Assembly (NCBI GenBank): GCA_016839705.1
Contig: JAEOTR010000046.1
Coordinates: forward strand, 1-64,000
Reading direction: 5' to 3'
Length of the DNA stretch: 64,000 nucleotides
DNA from: Promethearchaeota archaeon
GTDB taxonomy: Archaea > Asgardarchaeota > Lokiarchaeia > Sigyniarchaeales > SOKP01
In this document: positions 47,569-57,996 of the stretch, piece by piece
Position numbering within the stretch: position 1 is the first letter of the stretch
Layout: every line of letters begins with the position of its first letter
Notes under the pieces: model-generated
Seen by the model: the letters and a program-made list of their open reading frames with translations, nothing else
Told to the model about the DNA's origin: nothing
Databases searched by the model: none
Translations under genes and position numbers: made by a program

Positions 47569-50253
47569 ATGGGAATTTCCGGGATTGATATGGTTTTTTC
47601 TAAAGAACTATTTATAGAAATAACTAATGAGATTAATGATTTAATCTTTATTTTAGATTTAGATTTTAGAATTGAGTATATGAACGAGAAGGTATACTCA
47701 AAACTATTAGGATATTCATATGAAGAATTGATTAGTAAAAAGATCAGTAATATCATCGATACTCACGATTTTGAAAAATTGAAAGAAAGTTTTGAGAGAA
47801 AGGATAACAGGTGTGAAAATTCAATTGATATCCAAATCTTATGCAAAGATGGTAAAAAATTATGGTTTGAGAGCAAGATTAAGATTATAACAAATAAGAA
47901 TGGGGAAAGGCGTATTCTTTTTATTTTAAAAGATATTTCGGAGAGAAAGCGAACGGAATTAATTGCTAAAGAATCAAAAGAAAAATATGAAAGTATAATT
48001 AAAACAATTAATGAAGGGTATTATGAGGTTGATCTAAAGGGAAATTTTACGTTTGTTAGTGAAGCGTTATGCAAATTTGTTGGATACACGCAAGACGAAT
48101 TGTTAGGGAAAAACTATACTATGATGACTGAGAGGAAAGCAAATAAATTAGTGTTTAAAACATTTAACACAGTTTTTAAAACTGAAATACAGAAAAATCT
48201 ATTTCAATTTCAGGTTATTAGAAAAAATGGGGAGAGAGCATTTTTTGAAACCTCTGTCTACTTGAAATATGCTACAAATGGTAGAAAAATTGGATTTTAC
48301 GGTATAGTAAGAGATATCACAGAAAGGAAAAAAGAAGAGGATTTAGAAGAGAAATTTAAAGTTGAACTTGCACAGACCGTAAGGCTGAGAACAAGAGAAT
48401 TAGAAGAATCTGAAGAGAAATATAGTAATCTCTTCCAACATTCAAATGATGGTATTTTCTTTCATGATTTGGAAGGAAATATTATTGATGTTAACCAAAA
48501 AGTGTTAGAACAATTCGGATATACCAAAACCGAAATATTGGCTCTTAATATTAGTCAACTCCATCCAATTAGCGAACTTGTAGAATCAAAAAAGGCTTTT
48601 GAACAAATTGCGAAAGATGGATATGTCAGGTTTGAAATTAACTTTAAGAAGAAGAATGGTGATATATTCCCCGCTGAAGTGTCTTCTAGTTTTTTTACTG
48701 TCGGTTCGGAGAGTTTTATCCAAGGAATTGTACGGGATATAACCACTCGAAAACAATCCGAATTAAGACTTAAGGATTCTGAAGAAAAGTATCGCAGTAT
48801 GATTAATAATTTAGATTTAGGATTTTATCAAGTGGATTGGCAAGGAAATTTATTAAATTATAATCCTGCTTTTAGTTCTTTGCTAGGATTTGAACCAAAT
48901 GAAAATTTATTAAAAGCTAATGTGAAACAGTTTTGGCAAAATCCCGTTGAGCGTAAGGCTTACCTAGATTTATTAAAAGACGAAGGGCTCATTAAAAATT
49001 ATATTGTACCTTCGCAAAAAAGGAATGGCCAAAAAATCATATTACAATTAAACTCTCATGTAATTACGAATGAATTTGGGGAACCCTTTAAGATTCAAGG
49101 GTTAATATCTGATATTACAGAAAAATTTGAGTTAGAACAAAAAGTGAAATTGTCTGAGAATAGGTATCGAAATTTAATAGAATCTGTACCCCTTTCAATA
49201 GCACTTGTTGATCAAACAGGTTTTGTTATTTATTGCAATCCTGCAACAGAGAAATTATTAGGATATAGTGAAGAAGAATTAATTGGTAAAGAATTTAGGA
49301 AACTTCCTGCAATAAATCAGAAGTATCTTCCAATGATGCTTGAACGGTTTCAAAAAGTTAGTAAAGGAGTAATATTACCACCGTTTGACGTGGAATTATA
49401 TAAAAAAGACGGTAGTGTAATTTGGATAAGCTATCAAACCTCATTAGTCAAGTTAGATGACGAGATTTTGATTCAGGCAGTTCTTAATGATATTACGGAG
49501 CGTAAAAGGGCTAATCTTCTTATTGAGGAGGAAATTCTAAAATTAAAAGAATTAGATCAAATTAGGAAAGATTTAATATCAAGAGTTTCTCATGAATTGA
49601 AAACTCCTCTTGTTTCTGTATGTGGCGCTTCTGAATTACTTTTAGAATTATTTAAAAATGAGTTAAAAACAGATATTATCGAATTAATTGAAATGATCGA
49701 GAAAGGTGGTACACGATTAAAACACTTAGTTGATAATTTACTTGATATAACTCGTATTGAATATAATAAATTTGAATTGAAAAGAGATATCGTCAATTTA
49801 AGTGAAATTATAAAAGACTGCGCAAAAGAGATGAGGTATCTGATAAAAATGCGAAAACTAGAACTTGTTTTCAACATTCCAGATGAATTACACGTAGAAA
49901 TTGATAAAATTAGAATGGAACAAGTAATATTGAATCTTTTATCTAATGCAATTAAAAACACGCCTCCCAATGGAAAAATTATAATGAAATTATATAAGAA
50001 AGGAGATTGGGCAGAATTTGCAATAAGCGATACCGGTATTGGTTTAACTCGAGAGGAAATGGATAGGCTCTTTACAAGATTTGGCAAGATCGAAAGATAT
50101 GGAGAAGGTTTAGAATATATTGATATTCAGGGTTCTGGTCTCGGATTATATATTTCCAAAGAAATTTTAGATTTACATGAAGGTCAAATTAGGGCGGAAT
50201 CTGCTGGGAGAGATAAAGGTTGCACATTTACAATAAAGATACCAATCAAATAA
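47569..50253 (+). CDS. Cytoplasmic multi-PAS (about 5) histidine kinase
   Basis: Repeated PAS/PAC ends (DISERK, DITERK); SHELKTPL, NLLSNAIK, DTGIG, GSGLGL. Confidence 0.92.
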   Translation: MGISGIDMVFSKELFIEITNEINDLIFILDLDFRIEYMNEKVYSKLLGYSYEELISKKISNIIDTHDFEKLKESFERKDNRCENSIDIQILCKDGKKLWFESKIKIITNKNGERRILFILKDISERKRTELIAKESKEKYESIIKTINEGYYEVDLKGNFTFVSEALCKFVGYTQDELLGKNYTMMTERKANKLVFKTFNTVFKTEIQKNLFQFQVIRKNGERAFFETSVYLKYATNGRKIGFYGIVRDITERKKEEDLEEKFKVELAQTVRLRTRELEESEEKYSNLFQHSNDGIFFHDLEGNIIDVNQKVLEQFGYTKTEILALNISQLHPISELVESKKAFEQIAKDGYVRFEINFKKKNGDIFPAEVSSSFFTVGSESFIQGIVRDITTRKQSELRLKDSEEKYRSMINNLDLGFYQVDWQGNLLNYNPAFSSLLGFEPNENLLKANVKQFWQNPVERKAYLDLLKDEGLIKNYIVPSQKRNGQKIILQLNSHVITNEFGEPFKIQGLISDITEKFELEQKVKLSENRYRNLIESVPLSIALVDQTGFVIYCNPATEKLLGYSEEELIGKEFRKLPAINQKYLPMMLERFQKVSKGVILPPFDVELYKKDGSVIWISYQTSLVKLDDEILIQAVLNDITERKRANLLIEEEILKLKELDQIRKDLISRVSHELKTPLVSVCGASELLLELFKNELKTDIIELIEMIEKGGTRLKHLVDNLLDITRIEYNKFELKRDIVNLSEIIKDCAKEMRYLIKMRKLELVFNIPDELHVEIDKIRMEQVILNLLSNAIKNTPPNGKIIMKLYKKGDWAEFAISDTGIGLTREEMDRLFTRFGKIERYGEGLEYIDIQGSGLGLYISKEILDLHEGQIRAESAGRDKGCTFTIKIPIK

Positions 50254-50300
50254 GAAAATTAAATTATCATAAAATTTGAAAAAAATATCCATCGCTAGAA

Positions 50301-52190
50301 ATGAAATACGATAGAGGAGAAATTGAAGAGAGTTATAAAGATTTATTTGACTATTCTTTAGATATAATTTATGTTAGCGATCTGAGAGGAAATTTTCTTG
50401 ATGCTAATGATATAGCATTAGAAAGGCTTGGATATAAAAGAGAAGAGGTCCTTAACATTTCCTTTTTAGATTTACTTGACAAAGATGAATTAATAAAGGC
50501 TTTTGAAGTAATCAAGGAAATAAAAAATACAGGAAAACAATCAAAACATAGACAGTATAAACTTAAAACAAAATATGGAGAGATCATATACGTGGAAACA
50601 TTTGGAATTCCATTGAGAAAGAGCGGTAAAATTTATGCCATTTTAGGTATTGGAAACGATATTACAGACATAAAGTTTGCTGAGCAAAAATTAATTGAAT
50701 CAGAAGAAAAATATCGACATTTATTTCAGAGTTCTCCTTTTTTTGTGGGATTAGTAGACTTAAACGGGGTATTAATAGATTGCAATGATATCGTAAATAA
50801 GCTTCTTTCGGTTCACACAAAAGAGGATATTATTGGAAAGAATTTTAGAGAAATCTTTGCAATAAATGAGAAGAATAATGATGTTATCCCACTATTTAAG
50901 GCACTTTTTAAGAAGATAATTCAAGGTAAAACTCCAGAACCTATTGAATTTAAGTTAAATCGAACTGTAGGAGACTTTTTATGGTTAAATTTACGTGGAT
51001 CACTCATAAATATTGAAAAAAAGAATTTAATTCAATTCATAATTCAAGATATTTCAGACAAAAAAAAAGCTGAACAAAAATTAAAGGAGTCCGAAGAAAA
51101 ATATCGGTTTCTATTTGAAGATTCCCCATTTTCTATAATTCTAATAAATTCTAGGGGTATAGTCATTGATTGCAATCCTGCAATTCTATTATTAGGGGAT
51201 TATGAAAAAGAAGATTTGATAGATATCCCATTTAAGGATTTGAAAATAATACCTGAGGAATTCCTTCAAACTTTAATAGATTTATTTACACGTTTCATTA
51301 AAGGAGAAGTTTTACACCGTATAGATATTCAGTTATATAAAAAAGATAGTAGTCTAATTTGGGCTAATTTACAAGCTTCTCTGGTTGAAGTTGGTGGTGA
51401 AACATTCGTTCAGGTAATTTTACATGATATAACTAAACGAAAGGAAGCAGAACTTTTAATAAACGAAGAGATCCAAAAGTTAAAAGATCTAGATCAATTA
51501 CGAAAGGATTTGATCTCGAGGGTGTCACATGAATTAAAAACACCCCTAGTATCTGTATTTGCCAGTTCAGAATATCTTTTAAGTGAATATAAAGATAAAT
51601 TAGGAGAAGATGTATTGGAATTAATTCAAATGATACAAAAGGGTGGAAATAGATTGAAGCATTTAGTAAATAACCTATTAGATATCACAAGAATTGAATA
51701 TAATAAATTCAATCTAGAAAAAGAGACAATTAACCTTTCTGAAATAATAATAGAATGTTCAGAAGAGATGAAGTACCTAATTAGGGGGAGGAAGCTTGAG
51801 CTTGAATTAAATCTTCCACAGAATTTATACTTAAAAATAGATAGAATAAGAATACAACAAGTTATTACTAATTTACTCCTTAATGCAATAAAAAATACCC
51901 CACCTTACGGGAAAATAATAATAATCCTTTGGAAAAATGAGGACTGGGTAGAAATTTCGATAAAAGATACAGGAGTTGGGTTAACCAAAGAAGAAATGGA
52001 GATAATATTTACCAGATTTGGTAAAATTGAAAGAGTAGGAGAAGGATTAGAATATATTGACATTCAGGGCTCAGGATTAGGATTATTTATATCAAAAGAA
52101 ATAGCTCAGTTACATGGTGGATTAATTACCGCAAAATCAGAAGGTAGACATAAGGGAAGTATCTTTACCATAAAAATTCCCTTTGATTGA
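50301..52190 (+). CDS. Cytoplasmic multi-PAS (about 3) histidine kinase, paralog of the upstream gene
   Basis: SHELKTPL, NLLLNAIK, DTGVG, GSGLGL; kinase core closely similar to neighbour. Confidence 0.92.
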   Translation: MKYDRGEIEESYKDLFDYSLDIIYVSDLRGNFLDANDIALERLGYKREEVLNISFLDLLDKDELIKAFEVIKEIKNTGKQSKHRQYKLKTKYGEIIYVETFGIPLRKSGKIYAILGIGNDITDIKFAEQKLIESEEKYRHLFQSSPFFVGLVDLNGVLIDCNDIVNKLLSVHTKEDIIGKNFREIFAINEKNNDVIPLFKALFKKIIQGKTPEPIEFKLNRTVGDFLWLNLRGSLINIEKKNLIQFIIQDISDKKKAEQKLKESEEKYRFLFEDSPFSIILINSRGIVIDCNPAILLLGDYEKEDLIDIPFKDLKIIPEEFLQTLIDLFTRFIKGEVLHRIDIQLYKKDSSLIWANLQASLVEVGGETFVQVILHDITKRKEAELLINEEIQKLKDLDQLRKDLISRVSHELKTPLVSVFASSEYLLSEYKDKLGEDVLELIQMIQKGGNRLKHLVNNLLDITRIEYNKFNLEKETINLSEIIIECSEEMKYLIRGRKLELELNLPQNLYLKIDRIRIQQVITNLLLNAIKNTPPYGKIIIILWKNEDWVEISIKDTGVGLTKEEMEIIFTRFGKIERVGEGLEYIDIQGSGLGLFISKEIAQLHGGLITAKSEGRHKGSIFTIKIPFD

Positions 52191-52208
52191 TTAATAGGTT
52201 AAATTGGA

Positions 52209-52796
52209 TTATATTATTCTTGCTAAGTTATACCCTTTTTCTATTAGTTCAAAATTAAATGTTCCTATTTTCTCACCCAAACGTTTTAAAACCACAGTTT
52301 TCAAAAAATCAAGTTTTAATTCTGGTAACCCTTTTGACAGTAATCCTAAGATTGGTGTATTTAAAACAGGATTCCCATCAATGGTTAAATTTTTATCGAG
52401 TGCCAATTTGCTAATATCCGCAACAATTACTTTTGTTTTTTTACTCAATTTATATCTATTCACAAAATATTCAGGTTCTCTTTCAGAGTTAATAATAAAG
52501 ACACCATCTTGTTGAAGAGAAGACACCATTTCTTGGTTTAAAACCGTTTCGTCAAATATCATTAAAATATTAGGATATTCTATTTGTGCTCTATCCCAGA
52601 TTGTGTTTACTCGAGAAAGCTTTGCATATGCTTGAACGGGAGCACCTCTCCTTTCGGCTCCAAATGAAGGATATGCATGAACATCAGCAAATTTTCCACT
52701 TAAATATGCAGCTTCGGCAATTAACTCTGCGCATGTAACTACGCCTTGTCCTCCTCGTCCATTAATTATAATTTCTATAATATCAGATCCATTCAT
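52209..52796 (-). CDS. porC: 2-oxoacid:ferredoxin oxidoreductase gamma subunit
   Basis: GRGGQGVVT, PSFGAERRGAPV, NTPILG. Confidence 0.9.
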   Translation of the reverse strand: MNGSDIIEIIINGRGGQGVVTCAELIAEAAYLSGKFADVHAYPSFGAERRGAPVQAYAKLSRVNTIWDRAQIEYPNILMIFDETVLNQEMVSSLQQDGVFIINSEREPEYFVNRYKLSKKTKVIVADISKLALDKNLTIDGNPVLNTPILGLLSKGLPELKLDFLKTVVLKRLGEKIGTFNFELIEKGYNLARII

Positions 52797-52984
52797 CTGT
52801 AATGATTATAAATATTGCTTTAAGTTACTTATTAAGAAGTTTATCGAATAATTTAAAATTTGTATATTAGAATCCCTTATGAAAATAAAACTATAGAACA
52901 ACAAAAGGTAATAATAATAAGAAGGGTAGGATATTATAAATTATTAAAAATCGGACTTCTATAATTAGCTGAAGTGATAATATC

Positions 52985-53833
52985 ATGAAAAATCAAACTG
53001 GGTACTTCGAAGGAAGAGAATTAACAAAACTATTCTATCAATATTGGTCTCCAGACGCAGGAGAAATTAAGGCTTATATAATTGGGATTCATGGTTGGGG
53101 CACTCATTCTGACAGATTGATACTCCCCGCCGAATATTTAACAGATAAAGGATATGCAGTTTATGCTTTTGATTTAAGAGGACATTACCGGAATAGTGGG
53201 GACACTCCGGGACACATTGAAAGTATAGATCATATCCAAAAAGATATCGTTCTCTTTATGGATGTGGTTCGTAATATCGCAAATGATAAGAAAATATTCT
53301 TGATTGGTCATTCTTTTGGTGGATTGATGAGTTTAATGTATGCTATTAATCACCCCGCATTATCAGGTGCATTGGTATCTTCTCCATTATTAGGTATGTT
53401 CATGAAATTGTCAATGGGTAAGAAAGTTATCAAATCAATATCAAAAAATATCGTTAAACTGGCACCTAATAAAATTTTAAATAATATAATTGATCAAAAT
53501 CAATTGACAAGCGATTTAAAAATATTGAGAAAGCACATTGCTGATAAAAATAAAATTGATATTATCTCGGCGAAATCAGCTACAGAAATTGATAAATATA
53601 CAAAATGGGTAATGGAAAATGCTTCAAATTTGATTTGTCCTGTATTGATAATGCAAGCGGGAAATGATAAAATAGTTGATAAAACGAAACCAAAACAATT
53701 CTTTGAGATAGTAAAGAGTAAAGATAAAAGTTATAAAGAATATGATGGATTTCTACATGAGCTATGGAATGAAAAAGGAAGGGCTCAGGTGTTTCAAGAT
53801 ATGTTTATATGGCTTGAAAAGCATATAAAATAA
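52985..53833 (+). CDS. Lysophospholipase/monoacylglycerol lipase-like alpha/beta-hydrolase
   Basis: IHGWG.H, DLRGH, GHSFGG, D, HELWNE. Confidence 0.88.
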   Translation: MKNQTGYFEGRELTKLFYQYWSPDAGEIKAYIIGIHGWGTHSDRLILPAEYLTDKGYAVYAFDLRGHYRNSGDTPGHIESIDHIQKDIVLFMDVVRNIANDKKIFLIGHSFGGLMSLMYAINHPALSGALVSSPLLGMFMKLSMGKKVIKSISKNIVKLAPNKILNNIIDQNQLTSDLKILRKHIADKNKIDIISAKSATEIDKYTKWVMENASNLICPVLIMQAGNDKIVDKTKPKQFFEIVKSKDKSYKEYDGFLHELWNEKGRAQVFQDMFIWLEKHIK

Positions 53834-53992
53834 ATTTCATCTAGTTTTAACATTTTGGGAGTCCCTCAAGAATAATAAAAAACCTCCCCATCTTCATTAT
53901 TATTGTTATTAAAAAATTAACAAATACAATTAATATAAAATCACGGTTATAATTGATTATAACAATCACCTTAACTCTCAAATAATTTAATC

Positions 53993-56878
53993 ATGGAGGA
54001 AATAGACGAAAGGAAACTCACTCCTATGTTAAAACATTGGTATTCTATTCGTAAGAGGTATCCTTCATCTCAGTTGATTGCTTATAGGATGGGGGACTTT
54101 TTCGAGTTCTTCTATGATGACGCTGAAAGAATTTCAAAGTTATTAGGGATAACATTAACGAAAAGAGGAGATGTTCCTCTTGCCGGTATTCCACATCATT
54201 CAGCTAAAAACTATTTCAACAACCTTATGAATCTTGGTCAAACATTAGTGATTGTTGACCAACTGGAAGATCCAGCAACTGTGAAAGGGAGAATAGTAAA
54301 ACGTGGCGTTACTCGAATCCTATCACCTGGTACGGTAACTGAACCTACTCTGCTAAATGCTAATGAAAATAATTACATTGCGTCTATAGTAAAGCAGAGG
54401 AAAGGTTTTGGAGTCGCATTTACAGATATTTCTACAGGAGAGTTTGTAACTACTGAATTTTCCTCTAAATTGGAAGATGCTCAAGAAAAATTGCTAAGTG
54501 TTTTTTCTCAATATGATCCTGTCGAATTAATTATTCCTCCCGAACTTAAACAAGATGAGAGATTTTTTATTATATTGACAGATTTAACAGGTGCAATTAT
54601 TAAAACATATCAAGAATACGTTTTTGATTATGACGAAGCATACAACTTAATAACACGCCATTTTAAAATTGTTAATTTGGAATCATTTGGATTAGAAAGT
54701 TTAGAGATGGCTGTTCAAGCAACTGGTGGCCTATTAGCTTTTTTAAAAGAAACCCAAAGAGATGTTATTCCAAATATTTTTAAAATTAGTGTAATTCAAG
54801 AGAAAGAAATTTTGCATTTAGATTATATTACTCAAAGGAATTTAGAGTTAATACATTCGTTATGGGATAAAGGGAAGGATGCTACTTTATATTCAGTGTT
54901 TAATCAGACCCATACCCCAATGGGTGCCCGATTATTAAAAAAATTTATATTGCAGCCTTTAGTAAAAATCGAACAGATAAACAACAGACTCAACATCGTT
55001 CAAAAATTTAAGGATGATATTTTCTTAAGATCTGATTTGAGGGAGGAGTTAAGAATTATAGGGGATCTTGAAAGATATATTAACAAATTAAATTATATTG
55101 GTCGCACAAATGCTCGGGATCTCATAAATATTAGAAATTCTCTGGAAAAAATCCCAAAAATTAGAGAATTGCTAATAAAAGCAGATATTTCAGAAATTTC
55201 ACAATTTATCAAGAAAATCAAGCCATTTGACGGAATAAAGGCCCTAATAGGGAATTCAATAAAAGAAAACCCTCCGATTAATATAAAAGAGGGTAATATT
55301 ATTAAAGATGGCTATGATAAGAAAGTAGATGAACTCAGAGATATGCTCTATAACGGAAAGAAATATGTGTTAGAATATGAACAAGAACAGAAGAAGAGGT
55401 GGAAGTTAAGCTCAGGATTAAAAGTTAGTCATAATAACATTCTTGGATATTATATCGAAATAACTCTAAGAACTATAACATCAATCCCAAAATTACCTGA
55501 GGAATACATAGAGCGCGCAACTTTAAAGAATGCAAAAAGATACACTACGAAAAAATTGAAAGAACTTGAAGAAAAAATAGTTAATGCTGAAGATCAAATC
55601 AATAGTTTAGAATATGAAATATTCAGTAAAATTAGAGAGACAGTGGAAAAAGAAACTGAAGATATTCTAGAAACCGCGCAAAATATTGCCGTTATCGACG
55701 TTTTAACGAGTTTTGCCGAAATAGCTGAAAAATATGATTATTGTAGGCCTATAGTTACAGATAATTCTAAAATAATAATAAAAGAGGGGAGACATCCAGT
55801 GGTAGAACAAATCAATATAACCGACAAGTTCATTCCAAACGATTGCTATTTAGACAATGAAACAGATCAGCTGTTAATAATTACCGGCCCGAATATGGCC
55901 GGAAAAAGTACTTTTCTTAGACAAGTAGCTTTAATTTGTCTTATCGCGCAGATGGGATCCTTTGTTCCTGCTAAATCCGCTACTATAGGTGTGGTGGATC
56001 AAATCTTTACGCGTATAGGTGCTTCAGACGATCTTGCTCGTAAATTGAGCACTTTTATGATTGAAATGACAGAAACTGCGAAAATCCTTCATTATGCAAC
56101 TTCGAAAAGTCTTATTATAATTGATGAATTAGGACGGGGAACGAGTACAAGTGATGGTCAAAGCATCGCAATGGCTACTTTAGAGAAACTAAATAAATTA
56201 AAGGTAAAAACTCTTTTCAGCACTCATTACCATCAATTAACAGAGATAAACCTACCAGGAGTGAAAAATTATCATTTAGATATCATTGAAAATGATGATG
56301 GGACTATAAATTTTGTTAGAAAATTAAAACCTGGGTCTACTGATAAATCATATGGTATTCACGTAGCAAAATTAGCAGGGATCCCTGATGAAGTTATTAT
56401 CAGAGCCTTTGAAATTCTTGAACAAATAGAACAAAACGATCCTTTTAGAACGATGGTTAGAGAAAATGGGAATATGATTTCATCTGACATGCATTATGAT
56501 AAGATTTTGAATGGAAAGAAAACAGAACTGGAAAGATTAAATCAAGAATTAAAATCTATAAAAGAGAAATTAACCGATTACGGTGACGATCTAGGAAGAA
56601 AGGAAAAAGAATTAGAAAAAAGAAGTGCTGAGATTAAGGAATCGGAGTTAAAAATAAAAGAGTTTAAAGCTAAAGCTTCTCAAACTCATACATTGAGAAA
56701 AAAAAAGTATGTGCAAACAAGTCTATTTGAACCTGTGGAAAAGAAAGCAGAACTATTCGATGAGGATTTACAGACATTAGTAGACTATTTCAAAAAATTT
56801 GATATCGATACTTTAACCCCAAATGATTTGAAACAAAAATTAATTGAACTTAAAAAGAAAATCGAAAATTATAGTTAA
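53993..56878 (+). CDS. mutS: DNA mismatch repair protein MutS (MutS1)
   Basis: TPML, RMGDFFEFF, GRHPVVE, TGPNMAGKST, STFMIEM, DELGRGT, STHY, SYGIHVA. Confidence 0.96.
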   Translation: MEEIDERKLTPMLKHWYSIRKRYPSSQLIAYRMGDFFEFFYDDAERISKLLGITLTKRGDVPLAGIPHHSAKNYFNNLMNLGQTLVIVDQLEDPATVKGRIVKRGVTRILSPGTVTEPTLLNANENNYIASIVKQRKGFGVAFTDISTGEFVTTEFSSKLEDAQEKLLSVFSQYDPVELIIPPELKQDERFFIILTDLTGAIIKTYQEYVFDYDEAYNLITRHFKIVNLESFGLESLEMAVQATGGLLAFLKETQRDVIPNIFKISVIQEKEILHLDYITQRNLELIHSLWDKGKDATLYSVFNQTHTPMGARLLKKFILQPLVKIEQINNRLNIVQKFKDDIFLRSDLREELRIIGDLERYINKLNYIGRTNARDLINIRNSLEKIPKIRELLIKADISEISQFIKKIKPFDGIKALIGNSIKENPPINIKEGNIIKDGYDKKVDELRDMLYNGKKYVLEYEQEQKKRWKLSSGLKVSHNNILGYYIEITLRTITSIPKLPEEYIERATLKNAKRYTTKKLKELEEKIVNAEDQINSLEYEIFSKIRETVEKETEDILETAQNIAVIDVLTSFAEIAEKYDYCRPIVTDNSKIIIKEGRHPVVEQINITDKFIPNDCYLDNETDQLLIITGPNMAGKSTFLRQVALICLIAQMGSFVPAKSATIGVVDQIFTRIGASDDLARKLSTFMIEMTETAKILHYATSKSLIIIDELGRGTSTSDGQSIAMATLEKLNKLKVKTLFSTHYHQLTEINLPGVKNYHLDIIENDDGTINFVRKLKPGSTDKSYGIHVAKLAGIPDEVIIRAFEILEQIEQNDPFRTMVRENGNMISSDMHYDKILNGKKTELERLNQELKSIKEKLTDYGDDLGRKEKELEKRSAEIKESELKIKEFKAKASQTHTLRKKKYVQTSLFEPVEKKAELFDEDLQTLVDYFKKFDIDTLTPNDLKQKLIELKKKIENYS

Positions 56879-57786
56879 GCTAAAACTACAGGTATTATAA
56901 ATACAATCGTGGTTAGATATATATAATAAACAGTTATTATCGATACTAGAATTATTCGATATAAATTCTTCCTCTCCTCATTTCTAATATTTTCCATAAA
57001 TATAATTAACAACAATCCAATAAACATTAGATGGGAAGGTTGTAACGCTTTCCAAATTATCGAATCGATTATTAAAAGACCCTGTATTTCACCATCACTA
57101 TATCCCCAATTAGTAATCATTTGGAGGAAATAATCAGGAAAAATCATATACGGAATGAATATAATTGCAAACGGAATTAAAAAATAGAACAGATCTTTCC
57201 ACTTAATTTTCCTTGCTATTAATAAAACTGGAATGAAAACTATCGCTGTTATTTTAAAAGTTGCTAGTGTAAAGAGAATACCTGCAAACCATTTTTGATC
57301 TCTTTCTAGATATACAAAAGAATAAAATAATAAGAAGGCAATAAGAAAATTAACGTTGTTGTAATAAGCGTCGATACTATAACCCACGATACCTAAAATA
57401 TAAAAAATTAGTAAATCTTTTTTATTTTTAAACATTTTAGGTGATTCTCGTATTATTAGGATAGTTAAAGCCAATCTTAACACATCCCAAACATACACAC
57501 TAACTAAACCCCCAGATGGAATAATTTTTATCGGTAAAAAGAGGAAATACCAGAAGTAAAGATAATAGGGAGGCCAATCAGATATTGATACATCATCATA
57601 AAAATTAACTAAACCGTTGTCCATACCTTCGAGCAAGATTTTAAAATCAATATCTTTAGTTTCCTTTATCCATGTTGAGATGTCAAAAAAATATAAGAAT
57701 ATCCTCAGAATTACAAAAGAAATTGTTATTATTGCTAAGATGTACATAACATATTTCTGAATCGGAATTTCTCTTTCATTATTCAT
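56875..57786 (-). CDS. GT87/DUF2029-like (GT-C) membrane glycosyltransferase
   Basis: Polytopic; DF after TM1, YYLYFWYFLFLP, NNVN, LATFK. Confidence 0.55.
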   Translation of the reverse strand: MNNEREIPIQKYVMYILAIITISFVILRIFLYFFDISTWIKETKDIDFKILLEGMDNGLVNFYDDVSISDWPPYYLYFWYFLFLPIKIIPSGGLVSVYVWDVLRLALTILIIRESPKMFKNKKDLLIFYILGIVGYSIDAYYNNVNFLIAFLLFYSFVYLERDQKWFAGILFTLATFKITAIVFIPVLLIARKIKWKDLFYFLIPFAIIFIPYMIFPDYFLQMITNWGYSDGEIQGLLIIDSIIWKALQPSHLMFIGLLLIIFMENIRNEERKNLYRIILVSIITVYYIYLTTIVFIIPVVLA

Positions 57787-57996
57787 AGCAGTATAGCTAA
57801 ATCATGTGTTCCGTTCTATTAAAATTACTTTGATATATTAAACCAGATTTAAAAGCCTTACTTATAGAAAAATCATTATTTGGATTTATTTAAACCTTAA
57901 TAGAGTATTATTTTATATTTGATGGCATTTGGAAATATAGTAACTTAATAGAATATTAATTTCTTAGGAATAAAATGCATAAATGCGGGTAATATC

